Translations under genes and position numbers: made by a program
Notes under the pieces: model-generated
What the model saw: only the letters and a program-made list of their open reading frames with translations
Told to the model about the DNA's origin: nothing
Database searches by the model: none
Assembly (NCBI GenBank): GCA_951406725.2
Contig: OX597822.1
Location: 61,194,001 to 61,258,000 of the forward strand
From: Octopus vulgaris
Lineage: Eukaryota
Length of the DNA: 64,000 bases
Direction: 5' to 3'
In this document: positions 16,029 to 29,738 of the stretch, piece by piece
Position numbering within the stretch: position 1 is the stretch's first letter
Layout: every line of letters begins with the position of its first letter

Positions 16029-16836
16029 ATGGCCGATTTGCTAAATGAAACGATTGACCCCCCAGTCATCAGGGTCACACAGCAGGAAGCACCACCCCTT
16101 CCTTTCACTGCCCCAGCAGCTCAATCATCATCATTGTCAACACCATCTCCTCTGCTTACTACTACTAGTACTACTCCCACTATATATCGACAAACATCTT
16201 TGTCTTGGAATCGACCTCCTCAATCATTACCACTGTCAACATCTCTTCTACCTACTACTACTACTACTACTACAGCTACTACTACTAATGCTATCTCAAG
16301 GAATTTACCTCCTACAGGTCACAAAGGTCGCCAAAACTTCAACAAACTATCATCTACACCTTTCACAGCTCACACACACACACGCACCTACACACCCACT
16401 CGAAACCCCATCATTTGCCGATATTCTCTTCGCCATAGACTGTGCACTGATAGAGACTGCAAATTCACCCATTTACCTGGAACAAAACGCTCTATCCCCA
16501 CAAACTACAACAGCAACCACCATAATACAACATCACCACAACCACCAATATCTCAAACAAGGAATCCCCAAATCTGCCGCTATTCCCAGCGAGACAGATT
16601 GTGTTTGCACAGGGATTGCCCCTTTAACCCATCTCCCGGGGACTCGTCGGACATTTAAAGATAACCACTCACATAAAAATAGCCGCGGCCACAGTCACCT
16701 GCGGTTCCCTAGACAGGAAACCACCTCTTCTTCCTCTTTTTTAGCTATAATGAATCTAGCAAAAGAACTGGAAAAAAACATCCGAGCTATCACCCACCGC
16801 CATCCACCACTATTACCCCACTACACATGCCATTAA
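16029..16836 (+). CDS. LINE ORF1 (Thr/Pro-rich, two CCCH-type zinc fingers; +1 frameshift near 16626)
   Basis: ICRYSLRHRLCTDRDCKFTHLPGTKR, and a second copy ICRYSQRDRLCLHRDCP/xTHLPGTRR split between ORFs 16029..16658 and 16045..16836. Stop overlaps the ORF2 start (ATGccatTAA). Confidence 0.7.
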
Positions 16837-19800
16837 AAAGCAATCAAATAAACAAATCACCAAAACAATTAAAACCATCCACTCTCGCCTCAACATTTCT
16901 GCTTAATGCCCAAGGCATCAGCCCTTCCACCAATACACAAAAATGGAAGATAAGATTCCTGGAGGACTGGGTCGAGGCCCATCCAAACCACATCCCTTTC
17001 TTCGTCCTCACTGAAACCCATCTTAGTGACCTCCACTTGGAAGCCGAGGTGAAAGTTAAAAATTTCAAAACCATTCGTGCTGATCGTGTTGGCAGAAGAA
17101 AGGGTGGGACTGCCATTTATGTCCATGATTCATTCTCAACAGAAGCCATGAACATATTTTCGAATGGATACTGCGAAGCAGTCGCTGTATTCAGTCAAAC
17201 CAACAACTTAACAGTAGTTGGGCTCTACAGACCACCCCAAACGCCCCTACCATGCTTCAAGGAATGCCTCAACAGCATAAAGTGTTTCATTCAGCAGTGT
17301 CAACCTGACAACATTTTAATGATGGGAGATTTCAACCTTCCCGGGGTTGACTGGTCTACAAACAGTCTGCCGCCAGGTTCTTCTCTCTCAACCCCTGACA
17401 GGGAGGCAGTGGAATCGCTTCTTGACTTCATGGATGACTTCTTCTTGTCCCAACAGGTACTCGAACCAACGAGATGTCACAAAAACGTCTTAGACTTAAT
17501 TTTCAGCAATCACACTGATACTATCCACAATATTGCAGTGGAGAAAACCCTACTCTCCGACCATGACATGGTTCTCTGTGATCTGAGATTTCACTGGCCA
17601 AAATGCAAAACAAATGTCATCCCTCCTGTTCATCCATTTGACACTATGGATTTCCACAATGCAAACTGGGAAGCGATCAATAATGATCTTGCGCAAGTCG
17701 ATTGGTCCTTCACGCACACATACACACCCACTAACATCAAAAAGTCCTGGCAGTCACTTGTAGACACCATCACGAACATATGTGCAAGACACACCCCATT
17801 AAGATCTGCAAACAAATCTAAGTGTCGAATCCCTAGAAATAGAAAATCCCTCATAAGGAAAATTAAAAGAATCAACAAAAAGATCAACATGCTGAAATAC
17901 TGTCAACAGCAACACACCAACCTGACTGCCATCTCGTCGCTAGAGATTAAAAAACATAAACTCCAAAACAACATGATGTCTATCATCAATAGTCAGCGAA
18001 GAGCTGAAGAGGCCTGGGCCATTGAGAAGATCAAACTCAATCCCAAAGTGTTCTTTTCATTTGCAAAAAAACACAGAGTCACTGGTTCTACTGTTGGCCC
18101 TCTGATTGATGAAAATGGTATTCTTCAAGACAATGCCAAAACCATGGGAGAAATATTGCAGAAACAATATTGCTCTGTTTTCAGCAATCCTGATATGACT
18201 GATCTGGGCTGTATCAGTGATGTTACTCCCCAATACACTTTATCGGACATAACATTTGGCGCTCCTGATGTCTTAGCAGCAATAAAGGAAATGAAGCATA
18301 ATTCAGCAGTAGGTCCCGATAGGTTCCCTGCTTGTGTCTTGAAGATGTGTCAAAACCAACTTGCACCCCCTCTAGCCAATCTGTGGCGGAACTCATTGGA
18401 TGCTGGATATATACCAGAAGACCTTCTATCCCAGTCTGTTGTCCCAGTTTTCAAAAAGGAAACAAATCGCTTGCCGTGAATTACCGTCCAATCTCACTCA
18501 CCTCTCATATCATCAAGGTATTTGAGAGGGTGCTGAGATCGCGTATGACTCACTTCCTTGAGAGTCATAATATGCTGAACCCCAACCAGCATGGATTCCG
18601 TAATGGGAGAGATTGCCTGACGCAGCTACTGCATCATTTTGATGACATTTTGAGAGCCTTGGGAGAGGGTTCCAACACTGATGTCATCTACCTTGATTTC
18701 AGCAAGGCCTTTGACAGGGTTGATCATAAGATCCTTCTGAGAAAGCTGTCCAATATTGGTGTCACTGGAAAGCTGCTGCAATGGATCAAGTGCTTCCTCT
18801 CTAACAGAACCCAACATGTTGTAGTCGAAGGAGTCAAATCCAGCCCAGCCAAAGTCAGCAGTGGTGTCCCACAAGGCACTGTGTTGGGCCCACTTCTCTT
18901 CATCATCTACATAAATGATATTACTGACACCATCAAACACAGCAACATCAGAACCTTCGCTGATGATTCCAAGCTCCAGAAGGTCATCAATGGCGTGGAT
19001 GACCGAATAAACCTTCAGTCAGACCTACTGGCTGTTGTCCAATGGGCGGAAAAGAATAACATGTTGCTAAATGAAGACAAATTCGAACTGATCCACTTTG
19101 GAAGGGAGGACGCTCTGAAACTCCCATACTCTCTTCCTTCTGGAGAAATTCTCATGGCATCCAACAACATCAGAGACCTGGGAGTAACAGTGGACAACAA
19201 CATAAGCTGGGCTACACATATAAGCAGCAAAGTTGACATGGCCCGCAGAATGTGTTCCTGGATTCTCAGAACCTTCCAGTCGAGAGATTCCCACGCTATT
19301 ATCCTTCTCTTCTCCACTTTTGCCCGACCCCACCTTGAATACTGCTGTCCACTGTGGTCTCCCTACACAAAACAAAATATTATGAGAATTGAAGCTCCCC
19401 AAAGGTCAATCACAAAAAAGATAGATGGCATGTCAGACCTTGACTACTGGGGTAGACTAGAGAAGCTGAAATTGTATTCACTCCAACGACGCCGTGAACG
19501 CTACATTATCTGTATGATGTGGAAAATATTCCATCAGCACTGTCCGAATGATGTTGGCATCACCTTCAAAATGCATCCAAGGCTTGGACCACGTGCCATC
19601 CGTCCACAACAAAAATCTAAATCGCATCACATAACGACAATACGGCACAACTATTTCACCTCAATTGGACCCGCTCTCTTCAACATTACACCAGGACACG
19701 TCAAAAAAGAAACTGACCACACAAAATTCAAGAAGTCTTTGGACAAATTCCTTCAAACAGTACCGGACAAACCATCCACACCCGGATATGTCTCCGCAAA

Positions 19801-19843
19801 CAATAACTCTCTGCTCGAATGGGCCTTGGTGCCCAAATCCTGA
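16827..19843 (+). CDS. LINE ORF2: AP-like endonuclease plus reverse transcriptase (one frameshift near 18455)
   Basis: EN motifs LTETHL, GGTAIY, YRPP, GDFN, LDLIF, SDH. RT motifs YRPISL, QHGFR, YLDFSKAFD, GVPQGTVLGPLLF, FADD, RDLG. ORFs 16827..18479 and 18332..19843 join at PVFKK|GNKSLAVNYRPISL by a single-base shift. Confidence 0.93.
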
Positions 19844-19928
19844 ACTGAAAGACTTCGCCAGGTGGTGCTATTAAGTTAGACATGGCCTGGGCCAATACTG
19901 GCCAAAAACCTTTCTAAGTTATTCTAAG

Positions 19929-20325
<397 letters not shown>

Positions 20326-20646
20326 CGTGTGTCAATTTATTTATTTATTTATTTACTAAAATGACAATCATAACAATATACATACATGCATTATTTTAGT
20401 AAATAAGTAAAAAAATTGGCATAATATAATGTCGATGACTATCACCTCTTGATCCCCTCCATTTTCTTGTTGCTCTATAAACTAATGGTAAAATATCGCT
20501 TTACCTTCACCCATTTAGTACACTCGGTAATGTAATTGCAGTGCAATAAAAAACACTTGTGTATTAATAACTGGGTATTGTACCAGCAGTATATTGGATA
20601 GATATTATCCCTTAGTTGGTTGGATTCACAACCTCTAACTTTCTTG

Positions 20647-20684
<38 letters not shown>

Positions 20685-20685
20685 G

Positions 20686-20720
<35 letters not shown>

Positions 20721-21281
20721 TAATTGTTCAGTTTGGTTAGACGAAAAAAAGTACATAAAAATTAAGGGGAGATAAGTCAACTTTTTACACTACACAACAT
20801 AAACACTTGTGAAATATGACTTCTCTCAGAAAATGAACGGTAACGAACAAATTTGCTACACCACGTGTAGTAAGGCCACATGGTGAATTACAATTTTCAC
20901 AGGTCTACATATTCATAATTAGTCGACGCCGTGCCAACCACTGAAGAATGTTGTCTCCAGCTTTTCCTAATTGAATGATAGTCCACGATTCCTCTAAGAT
21001 TGATTCCTCTCTTTGCTTCTTTTACTACTTATCTCCCCCTTAATTTTCATTTTCCTTTTTAATCTAATCAAACTGAACAATTATGTATGTGTGTTTGCGT
21101 ATTTAACTCGTTTGTTTTCGTATTTCATGTTGTTTACACAGTTGGTGACGTCCTGTACCCATATATGCATATATATATATATTCAGCAAAATTTAGATTC
21201 AAATGAATATGATACTTAAGTTAGATGCACCAGAATTTTGTACGGTGTTATCCATATAAATTCATGGGGTGATTACAATCA

Positions 21282-21489
21282 AAATAAGCAACAAGAATAT
21301 CTTCGGTAATTTGGTACGATCGTTTCACGCTACATCATTTTATTAAACATTGTAAGTATTACAACAGTTTTAAAATGGCTGATGATTGCTCAACATTTTA
21401 AAATTGTTGTAATACTTACAATGTTTAATAAAATGATGTAGCGTGAAACGATCGTACCAAATTACCGAAGATATTCTTGTTGCTTATTT
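21282..21489. repeat. 96-bp near-perfect inverted repeat with 16-nt spacer, containing a degenerate hammerhead (+ strand 21376-21459)
   Basis: Arms 21282-21377 and 21394-21489 with one mismatch. CTGATGA at 21379-21385 in the spacer; GAAACGATCGTA at 21445-21456. Confidence 0.85.
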
Positions 21490-21493
21490 GGAT

Positions 21494-21524
<31 letters not shown>

Positions 21525-21558
21525 CATATATATCATTTATATTAGATTATACACACAC

Positions 21559-21628
<70 letters not shown>

Positions 21629-21677
21629 ATGATTGAACGCCATGCATCCATTTCCAAGTAAGTTTTATCTATCTATC

Positions 21678-21762
<85 letters not shown>

Positions 21763-21967
21763 GCCTCTGTGTGTCTGTGTTTGTTTTTATGTTTAGTTAT
21801 AACAATTTTACATTAATCTGAGGAGCTATTCTGTACTTTTGTAGAGTACAAGTTTATTCTACAGAACTGAGGAATCAGCTATCAACACCTTTCTTCCTTT
21901 TTTTCTTGAAGAAGGGGTCCTAACCTTGATATATTATAGTACTAAACATGACAGGCATTTAAAAAAA

Positions 21968-22347
21968 TACTAGCAGTATTGCTCGTCGTTGCTCGGGTTT
22001 GTTTCGACCCTTTAGAATTGGAATTTTTGAAAAGTAAAAATTTTGCATTCTCTTTAAGTGAACATTTTTCTAGTTGAAATACACCGAAAAATGGCGGCAG
22101 AGCAGCAAAAAAAAAAAAAAGTAAAAAATAGTGATTTTCATAGAAAAAAAGCACCTTTTTGATGTAAATAATTTTTGGTGTTAACATGGTCCGATTTGAA
22201 TTTTTTCTTCTACGGAAGGAAGATCAAGCCTTCTATCATACTCTCAATTTTGGTCAACTTGCGCTGCAGGGTCTCGGAGGAGATAGTGTTAGTTGAAGGC
22301 TACCAAACCTGCCATACACAGATAACTTCAGCTTTATATATATAGAG
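21968..22347 (+). mobile_element. Non-autonomous Helitron/Helentron-like repeat
   Basis: Starts TACTAGCAGTATTGCTCGTCGTTGCTCGGG and ends CTTCAGCTTTATATATATAGA. A second copy lies in the opposite orientation at 60215-60659. The class assignment rests on terminus style only. Confidence 0.6.
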
Positions 22348-22471
22348 ATTTAGAACGTTTGCTAGATTAGAGTTGTTCTATTAAATTAGCAAATATGTTC
22401 TCAAATACCTCTAGAATCCTTGTGCGAGAGTATTCTTTTACATATTTCAGTCATTTGACTGCGGCCATGTT

Positions 22472-23043
22472 GACTTCCGCCCGTCCCCACCAAAAACCAC
22501 CCTTAAAAAATTTTTTTCGACACAACCCCTCCCCCTTCGGCTACGGGGAATACGAATCTACAAAAAGATTGGCAAAAATCGGCATTTTTAAATTACCCCC
22601 ACCCCACCCTAATTTCCTTAATTTTTTACTATTTTCAGAATATTTTTCTCTCGAAATATGCGGAAAAATACGGAGATTATGATTCTGAAAAAAATTTCCA
22701 AAAATTTTTGTAAAATTTCTTTTAAAGAATTTTTTTTTTGTTTTCTAAATATGCGGGGAAAATACGTACATTATGATTCGGAAAAAAATTTCAAAATATT
22801 TCTGTATTTACGGTTAGGGTTAGGATTAGGGTGTTAGGGTTAGGGTTAAGGTTTTAGGATTAGTGTTGGGGAAAAAAAGTCAAATTTAAAGAAGTGGGGG
22901 TGGGGTGGAAGGGGTGAGAATTTCACAATGCCGATTTTTGGCAATTTTCCGGAACCTCCATATCTGAAAACGGGGGTTTTTGGCAAAAAAAATAAATAAA
23001 TTAATAAACAAATTTGGGAGAAAATGGGGTGGGGGCGGAAGTC
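22472..23043. mobile_element. MITE with GACTTCCGCCC TIRs and internal degenerate (TTAGGG)n, nested in a family-2 SINE
   Basis: GACTTCCGCCC...GGGCGGAAGTC ends. Subterminal AAAAATCGGCATT / AATGCCGATTTTT inverted blocks. TTAGGG-like run at 22813-22863. Confidence 0.7.
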
Positions 23044-24445
23044 TTTCCCAGCACTGCGTTAAAGAGTTTTAGTCGAAGGAATCGATCCCGAGACTTATTC
23101 TTTGTAAGCCTAGTACTTATTCTACGATGGTAGTGGAACAAACACAAACAGAAAGACACAACACACACATATATATATATATGTGACGAGTTTCTTTCAG
23201 TTTCCGTTTATCAAATCCACTCACAAGGCTTTGGTTGGCTCGAGGCTATAGTAGAAGATATTTACCCAAGCTTCTTACCTCACAGCCACGCCTGCGCCTT
23301 TTAAAAAATACTTTTTTAAAGTATGGTACATATATCTTTCACTTTCTTTTAGCCAAACCGCTATGTTGCAGGGACGTAAACAAACCAACACCGGTTAAGC
23401 GGCGGTGGCTAACAAACACCCCCACCCACCCATATATATATTAGTTTCCGTTTACTAAATAAACTCATAAGGCTTTGTTCGACCCGGGGCTATGGTAGAA
23501 GACATGCCCAAGGTGCTACGCAGTGAGGAACTGAACCCGGTTAGGAAGCAAGCTTCTTACTAGACATGCCTGTACCTACAGAAGTATGTTTAAAAATAAC
23601 AAGTTAGCAATTATTTTCTAGTTTTCAAGTTTTAACTTCCAGTTTCTAACTTAACTACAATAAACATGAGACTGAAATAAGAGCTAGGGATGAAATAATT
23701 AGAAGATGGAGCCGGTACAATTAGCCCGGTCTTTTCAGTTTTATGTATTTTTGAGAAGATTCTTCTTGGAACGCGAAAAACCTTATTTTGCGTTGAGGAA
23801 TTTTTTTAGGAAGCCCTGGATATGATCACATGAAGGCCTCAACAGAAATACACCAGTATGGCCGCAATTCAAAGCAGGAAAAAGAAACACGATTTCTATG
23901 TGAATTTATGGTACATACTTTGTATATGTCGAGTGGTTTGTATATTCTGTGTGCGTGTGTGTTAGTAATTATAAGCGAGAAACGTGCGACGGATATGTGT
24001 AAATGTGTGTCGGTGTCTGTGTATGTGTTTATGTGTGTGTGTGTGTGTCAGTGCGTGTATATGTATGTGTCGTCTGTATGTGTATCTGAATATGTGTATC
24101 GGTGTCTCTATATGTATATGTGTGTCGCTGCCTGTGTATGAGTCAAAACCACTGAACATAAATAAAAAACAGAGAATGCAAATGAGAGAAGGATGAATAG
24201 AGAAGAGGAGGAGATAAAGGACACTTGGCTAGGAATCTACTCTATTGTATAGCGCAGTGGTTTTTTAAAAGAGTGGCGGTTAGAGTAGTAGTGATAGAAA
24301 GAGGAGCAGTTTGAGGAGTGGCAATATGTGTATGTGCATGTGTGTGTCTGGGTACGTCTGTGTATGTGCGTATCTGTCTCTTTCACATACATAAACTCAC
24401 ACACATACACACAAGTATTTGTACGTTTGTGTGTGTGTGTGTATA

Positions 24446-24486
24446 TATATAAAGAGAACACAGACTCAGCCGTTGTAAGTCAGTCT
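24446..24486 (+). promoter_or_regulatory. Putative core promoter of tubulin gene A (TATA box plus initiator-like TCAGT)
   Basis: TATATAAAG at 24446-24454 and TCAGTC at 24480-24485, about 34 nt apart, upstream of an A/C-rich 5' UTR leading to ATG|GTAAGT. The TATA abuts a (GT)n/(TA)n tract, so chance occurrence is possible. Confidence 0.45.
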
Positions 24487-24599
24487 TTGACCTCACGTAG
24501 GGTACATCAAATCCGTGTGAGTGCACATCGCTCTGAGACATTAAGAACATATAACAAACCACTTTAATTTCGAGTATATAAAGAAAAACACTTATCAAC

Positions 24600-24602
24600 A
24601 TG
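24600..24602 (+). CDS. TUBA: Alpha-tubulin gene A, coding exon 1 (initiator ATG only)
   Basis: ...cttatcAAC-ATG|GTAAGT: good Kozak context (A at -3) followed directly by a consensus donor. Alpha-tubulins commonly have an intron after codon 1, and exon 2 starts in phase with AGG GAA TGT (REC). A TATA box and TCAGT lie about 120-150 bp upstream. Implied intron 1 is 24603-31267. Confidence 0.75.
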
Positions 24603-25828
24603 GTAAGTTAGTTTTATCTTTTTAAAAATATAGATTTCTTTCGAGTTATAAATTGTTTCTAGAGAAGATACGTTCTTTCTAATTAACATTTATATCTAGA
24701 GTTGAAACAAATATTTTTTCGAAGATATTGGTATACCCGCAAACAAATTCTTCAGATTTTCGAAATATGGGGTGAGACTTCTAGCAAAATGTACCGTTGT
24801 TCTGGTTAAGCAAGTTTATGCTTTCATATTAGCTTTTAAAATTAACGATGAAGTAGTTATAGCACAGGTTTATAGCTTTATGTTTTATAGAGTGTATGTG
24901 CGTGCATATACACACACATACATACATACATACATACATACATACATACATACATACATACATGCATACACAGGCGTATGTGCGTACATGCATACGTACA
25001 TACATACACACATGTATGCATACATACACACATACATACGTACATATATATGACGAACTAAATGTTACTTTCTTAGATGCAGTACGGACTTTGTCAGTGA
25101 ACAGGTCGCGGATTTTAGCGACGAAAATATTTTGACAAATTAAACTTAAATGTTGAAGTGAATCGAACGGCTTTTGTGTGTTTCTTAAATGGCTTACAAA
25201 CACCTTCCACGCTGCAATTGTTTTCGTTTCAGCACACGATCTCAGATCAAATTACTTGCTATGCGAGTACATCTCCGATGAAGTAGTTATTGTACTTTTA
25301 ATACTTTCAAATACTTAACGCGTACACTCATATACCCTCATATTTACGTAATAATCGTTTATATTATTGAATTTTATCATCTGGTAATTGTAATAATAGA
25401 TGTTTAGCCCTAGGTCAATATGTGATCAACGATCTTCATAATCATCCCCCTCATAGTTCTTGCTTGGGGGATCTGAGATTTTGGCTGTTATGTTCAGCAA
25501 GCATTTAAAGTGATATTGTAAGAGGTTCCCCTCTACGTTAAATTGTAATTGTTGGTGATTAGTTATCCATGTTTCTTTCTAATTTCATATCCCGTTCGAG
25601 ACCACTTTGCATCTTCATTCCTCCGAGCTTGGTAAAAAAAAAAAGTAGCTACTTGAGTATAATAATTCAACTATATACGCTAAAAGACTTTATTCCAGCT
25701 CGGCGACAATCATTGACAACTCCTCAAAAGAAGAAAATTGATTAACTAGATATGATCCATTGAAGAAGTAGCTGTCAAATCTTAACTCCTGCACTGAGAA
25801 AAACAAAAGAAAATTAAATGGTTTTTGA

Positions 25829-26069
25829 TCAGTGGTTGTCAAATGGTGTGCCGCGGATTAAAAAAAAAAAAAAATTAAACTTTAGAAATCCATATTAATG
25901 CTTGAACATTTTGGTAAACATGCTATGATTAATAAAATAAGGTCAGAAATAGTATTCTTTATATTTCTGATTTCTTTTCTATCTTAAAACAACTGTAACT
26001 TTACATGCGAAGTGCGTTAAAATGTTTATGTCTAGTGCGCCGGAAAGTGAAAGAGATTAAGAACCACTG
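25829..26069. mobile_element. hAT-like MITE remnant
   Basis: CAGTGGTTGTCAA ... TTAAGAACCACTG ends. A similar CAGTGGTTCTCAACC...GGTTGAGAAC element lies at about 39346-39575. Confidence 0.55.
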
Positions 26070-26921
26070 TCTCATGATGATTTATCAGATACTAAAAGAC
26101 TTAGTGGTTACGGTTGGAATGCTTTTTGATCAAAAGTTTTCTTATCCAAGGATGTTCTGGGCTGTCATCGCATTTTCTTTATCGAAAATATGTAGTTTCG
26201 AAATAACCCCTCCCCTGCCCTTATCTAACCCCCGTTTGAATTCGGGCACAATGTTTCGAACATCAGGTTCAGCATTTGAAATCTCTTGGATTTGGTATTT
26301 CCTTCGCATAAATATAGAAGAATACCTTTTTATTTTTTGCTTGCGAAGCGAATTTTTTAAGAAAGCAACTATACGCTTTTAAACAGACATATTTTATACA
26401 CTTCCAATGAAAACGAAATGACAGCGATGTTTCGCTCAAGAAAGTAATGTAGAACTTTATGGTTAAGAACGAAAAAAATTGCAAATTCTGCCATGCTTTA
26501 ACAAATAAATTGGCGAAATCCAAAGAAATTTCCGAATGCTCAATTCTACATTTTAAATGCTTTTCAACTGCCTACTAGGCGCGGAACTGGTTATTCAATG
26601 TCACTCCTTTTTTCCTTTGAGAGAAAGATTGCTGCTTTTTCTAGCAGAGTATTTAGGGGTTACAATGTAGCATCGATTCTCAGCCTTTTACCATGTGAAT
26701 ACATTTTAGCAAATCAGTTTTGGTTTTCAAAAGTTTTAAAAGTAAAAGATCTTTCGTCTTATTACACCGCAACTTGAAGGCTCTTTTATTGGCCTTGAGA
26801 CCTGGCGTTTCATCCGTGACTATCACGTCTATCTTTCTATGATAGCATAGCATAATTGAATGTGCCATTTTATTTGTCTAAGACTTGATTTGGCTTTAAT
26901 GCTAAAGTATGTATGTGATTG

Positions 26922-26976
<55 letters not shown>

Positions 26977-29098
26977 CCTTGGTAGGATAGACTTAATTCA
27001 AAAAGTATTCTAACTTATGCCGACTTTTATATTGATTTAAGACTCAGTTGTAAGGTTTAATTACAGGAAAACTTGAGTGCTTTGTATAGCGGGTCTAGCT
27101 TTAAAATTTTCAGTTACAAGTCGGCCAATGAGTAGACTTGTGATCAGACATTCCAGTCTTTTTATTTTAGAAATACCCAGATTAAAATACCCTAAGAAAT
27201 ATTGTCAATATTTCTAGCAGATCGAGTGACCATGTTGAGTTTGCCAAATTGGTTCTGATGAGTCATTAGAAGTTGGCGTATGTAGGATTTAATTAAAAGC
27301 AAAGCCAATAGCAGCTAGCAACATGATCTCATGTAGCCCAGGAAGATGAGATCATCAGTACAGTAGCTGCTACTAAGCTTGTGAAGATTTGGTTAGCTTA
27401 ACCTCGTGCCTAGGAATTGTATTTCTGCGCGCGTGTGTAGTCGATTACTTGGTGGATAATTGTCACATTTTAGTGAATAAGAATAAATTACAATTGCTTC
27501 AAATATTCCTTCATATCCTGTGAATATTTATTGAAATACCGCTACTGGTTTTATTTAGACATTGTTAAACTAGTATTAAAAAAAGATCGACTTTCTACGC
27601 ACCATCCTGTTCGTTTGTCACTTGTCTCTTTGTCACAAGTTGTCTCCTTGAATATATCTATTTTTACATTATATTGCTTATACTTTGTATGTGCCTATCC
27701 TATCCTTTCCTCTACAATTGAATCTCTTCACAGCTTTCGTTTTATCCATCACATGTCCTTCTTGCTTTAGTTTCTAACTTTGTCTAATCTCTTAAGTCTA
27801 CTTAAATCTATTGTCTATAACGGTCTCTTCTGTAGTCTCTTCGCCAGCAGCCTTTTTTTAAATTTAATTTTAATTTTAGGTCATCTTTGATTAAGTAAGC
27901 TTTACAAAAATGACGTTTCTGCTGGGACAACCCTACCTTTTCTCCAGACTATTATTCAATGTTTTCTTCCACTTTCAAATATTTTACACTCGCTTTCTAC
28001 GCAGCGTTAGTTGGGTAGCAAGGAGATTTGATAAAAGATTTAGTGGTATAACTTCAATTGGGTGCCCGTCCGATCACCTTTCTGAAAAATGCGTATAGGT
28101 TCATGATTTATGTTCAAATTTAGGAATTTTAAGAATTTCTTTACCAACTTCACTAGTTTCCATAACTTTTTTCTTCTGTATTTGACATCTCGCAAACGCA
28201 TTTCTTCAAAATGTCATTTAAAATTAATAAAAAGTTTTTAACAGAATCGTAATCTACACCTCACTTAACGAATCTGCAAAATTTTATTGAAAACTATGCG
28301 ATTTTCAGAAAGTTATAAAGTCAGACGCGGGTGGTGGTGGTGGTGGTGGTGGGGGGGCTATTTATAAGTAAGACTAAGCGACGGCGGAGAGACTCTTTTC
28401 ATTAGCTTACTGTGTGAATCATTGCCCTTCCCATTACCTTGTTTCTTTTTTTAAGCTTGTTCTCACCCCTTCCCTTTCTGTTTGCCCTTTAGATTTCACT
28501 CATTGCTCTTTAATAAATCGTACCCCTACTATGCTCTGCCTCGTCATAAGCTATTTTCTCATCATTCCTTTCATCGCGAACTTTATTCTGTTTCTTTCCT
28601 CTCGTCAATTAACATTCCTCCTTTCTCTCTATCGTGTTTCTTTATCCTTCCACCTATTTCACTCTTATATTCTCTCTATCTTGTTTCGCACACGATTCAT
28701 TTAGCAGGCAATCAGATTATCTTCGTCCTTGCATTTTCGACTACCGCTTTCTGCTTCTCTCTATTCTGCTTAATGACGTAATGCCTTAAATTTCTTTCTT
28801 TTAATGAGCTCCGTTATTCACGCTTACATTTCGCTCAAAAACACGGAACTCTTGAGTTGAGCTAGTTTCCTCAAATACTCTTGTCTTTATTGCTTGCATT
28901 GCACATACACACGCACACATACTTCCTTCGCAACATTCTCTGTATGCCATTACGCAACTAATTTTACTTCAATAAGAATTCCATTCTGTTATTCCGATAT
29001 TACACAATGCCTTCCATTCCATGAATACTTCCATATTTTTTTTGTTACGTTTAGAAGGACATTTGAAAGGGAGCTTTTAATGCGGAGATAGTTTTGCA

Positions 29099-29296
29099 GG
29101 TACTACTTAAAATGAGTGGACCCGACGCGCGCACCCGCGTTGTCAGTAGACTGACGCACGTACACGCGCAAGTCAGTGACACCAGCAATAAAATAAAAAC
29201 CCTCCACATGTATAAATACGTGTAAACTGTAAATTGGGGTGGGGGTGGGGATTAGCGAGGGTGCGTGCGTTGGGTCCACTCCTTTTAAGTAGTACC
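29099..29296. mobile_element. Short MITE (198 bp)
   Basis: GGTACTACTTAAAATGAGTGGACCCGACGCGCGCACCC ... GGGTGCGTGCGTTGGGTCCACTCCTTTTAAGTAGTACC. A related left end starts at 8401 and is followed by an internal inverted repeat (about 8456-8659). Confidence 0.8.
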
Positions 29297-29738
29297 GAGG
29301 TTGGGGAATTCATTCACATGGTCCTTTGATTATCTGCAATCTTTTCCGGCGCTGCTCGCCTTGGTTACAGTTGCATAAATTTCACTGTACTGTCTTAAAT
29401 AAAATCAAAAATTTTAAACGAGCTTGTTTAAAACATTATTTTGTCCACATTGTGTTGGACAAACTCTTTCAGTAGGTGCCGGATTTTGCTCATATTTATG
29501 TTGGACAGTGTTGTATTTGTCAGTCGGAGAAACACTTTTCCATGCTAACACGCATTGTACGCCTTTATTTGAGGCAGCATTTTTACGATTGGATGTTCTT
29601 CCTGTCGCTAATCTTATTGAAAAGCTGGACAAGTTAAAAATTTAGCAAAGGTAAAATGTTATTTGTGACTAGTTGTAATACTAAGGTGATGAGCATGGTA
29701 TGCACATCCAACTATATGTTGTAGTTAGTATCCTCTGG

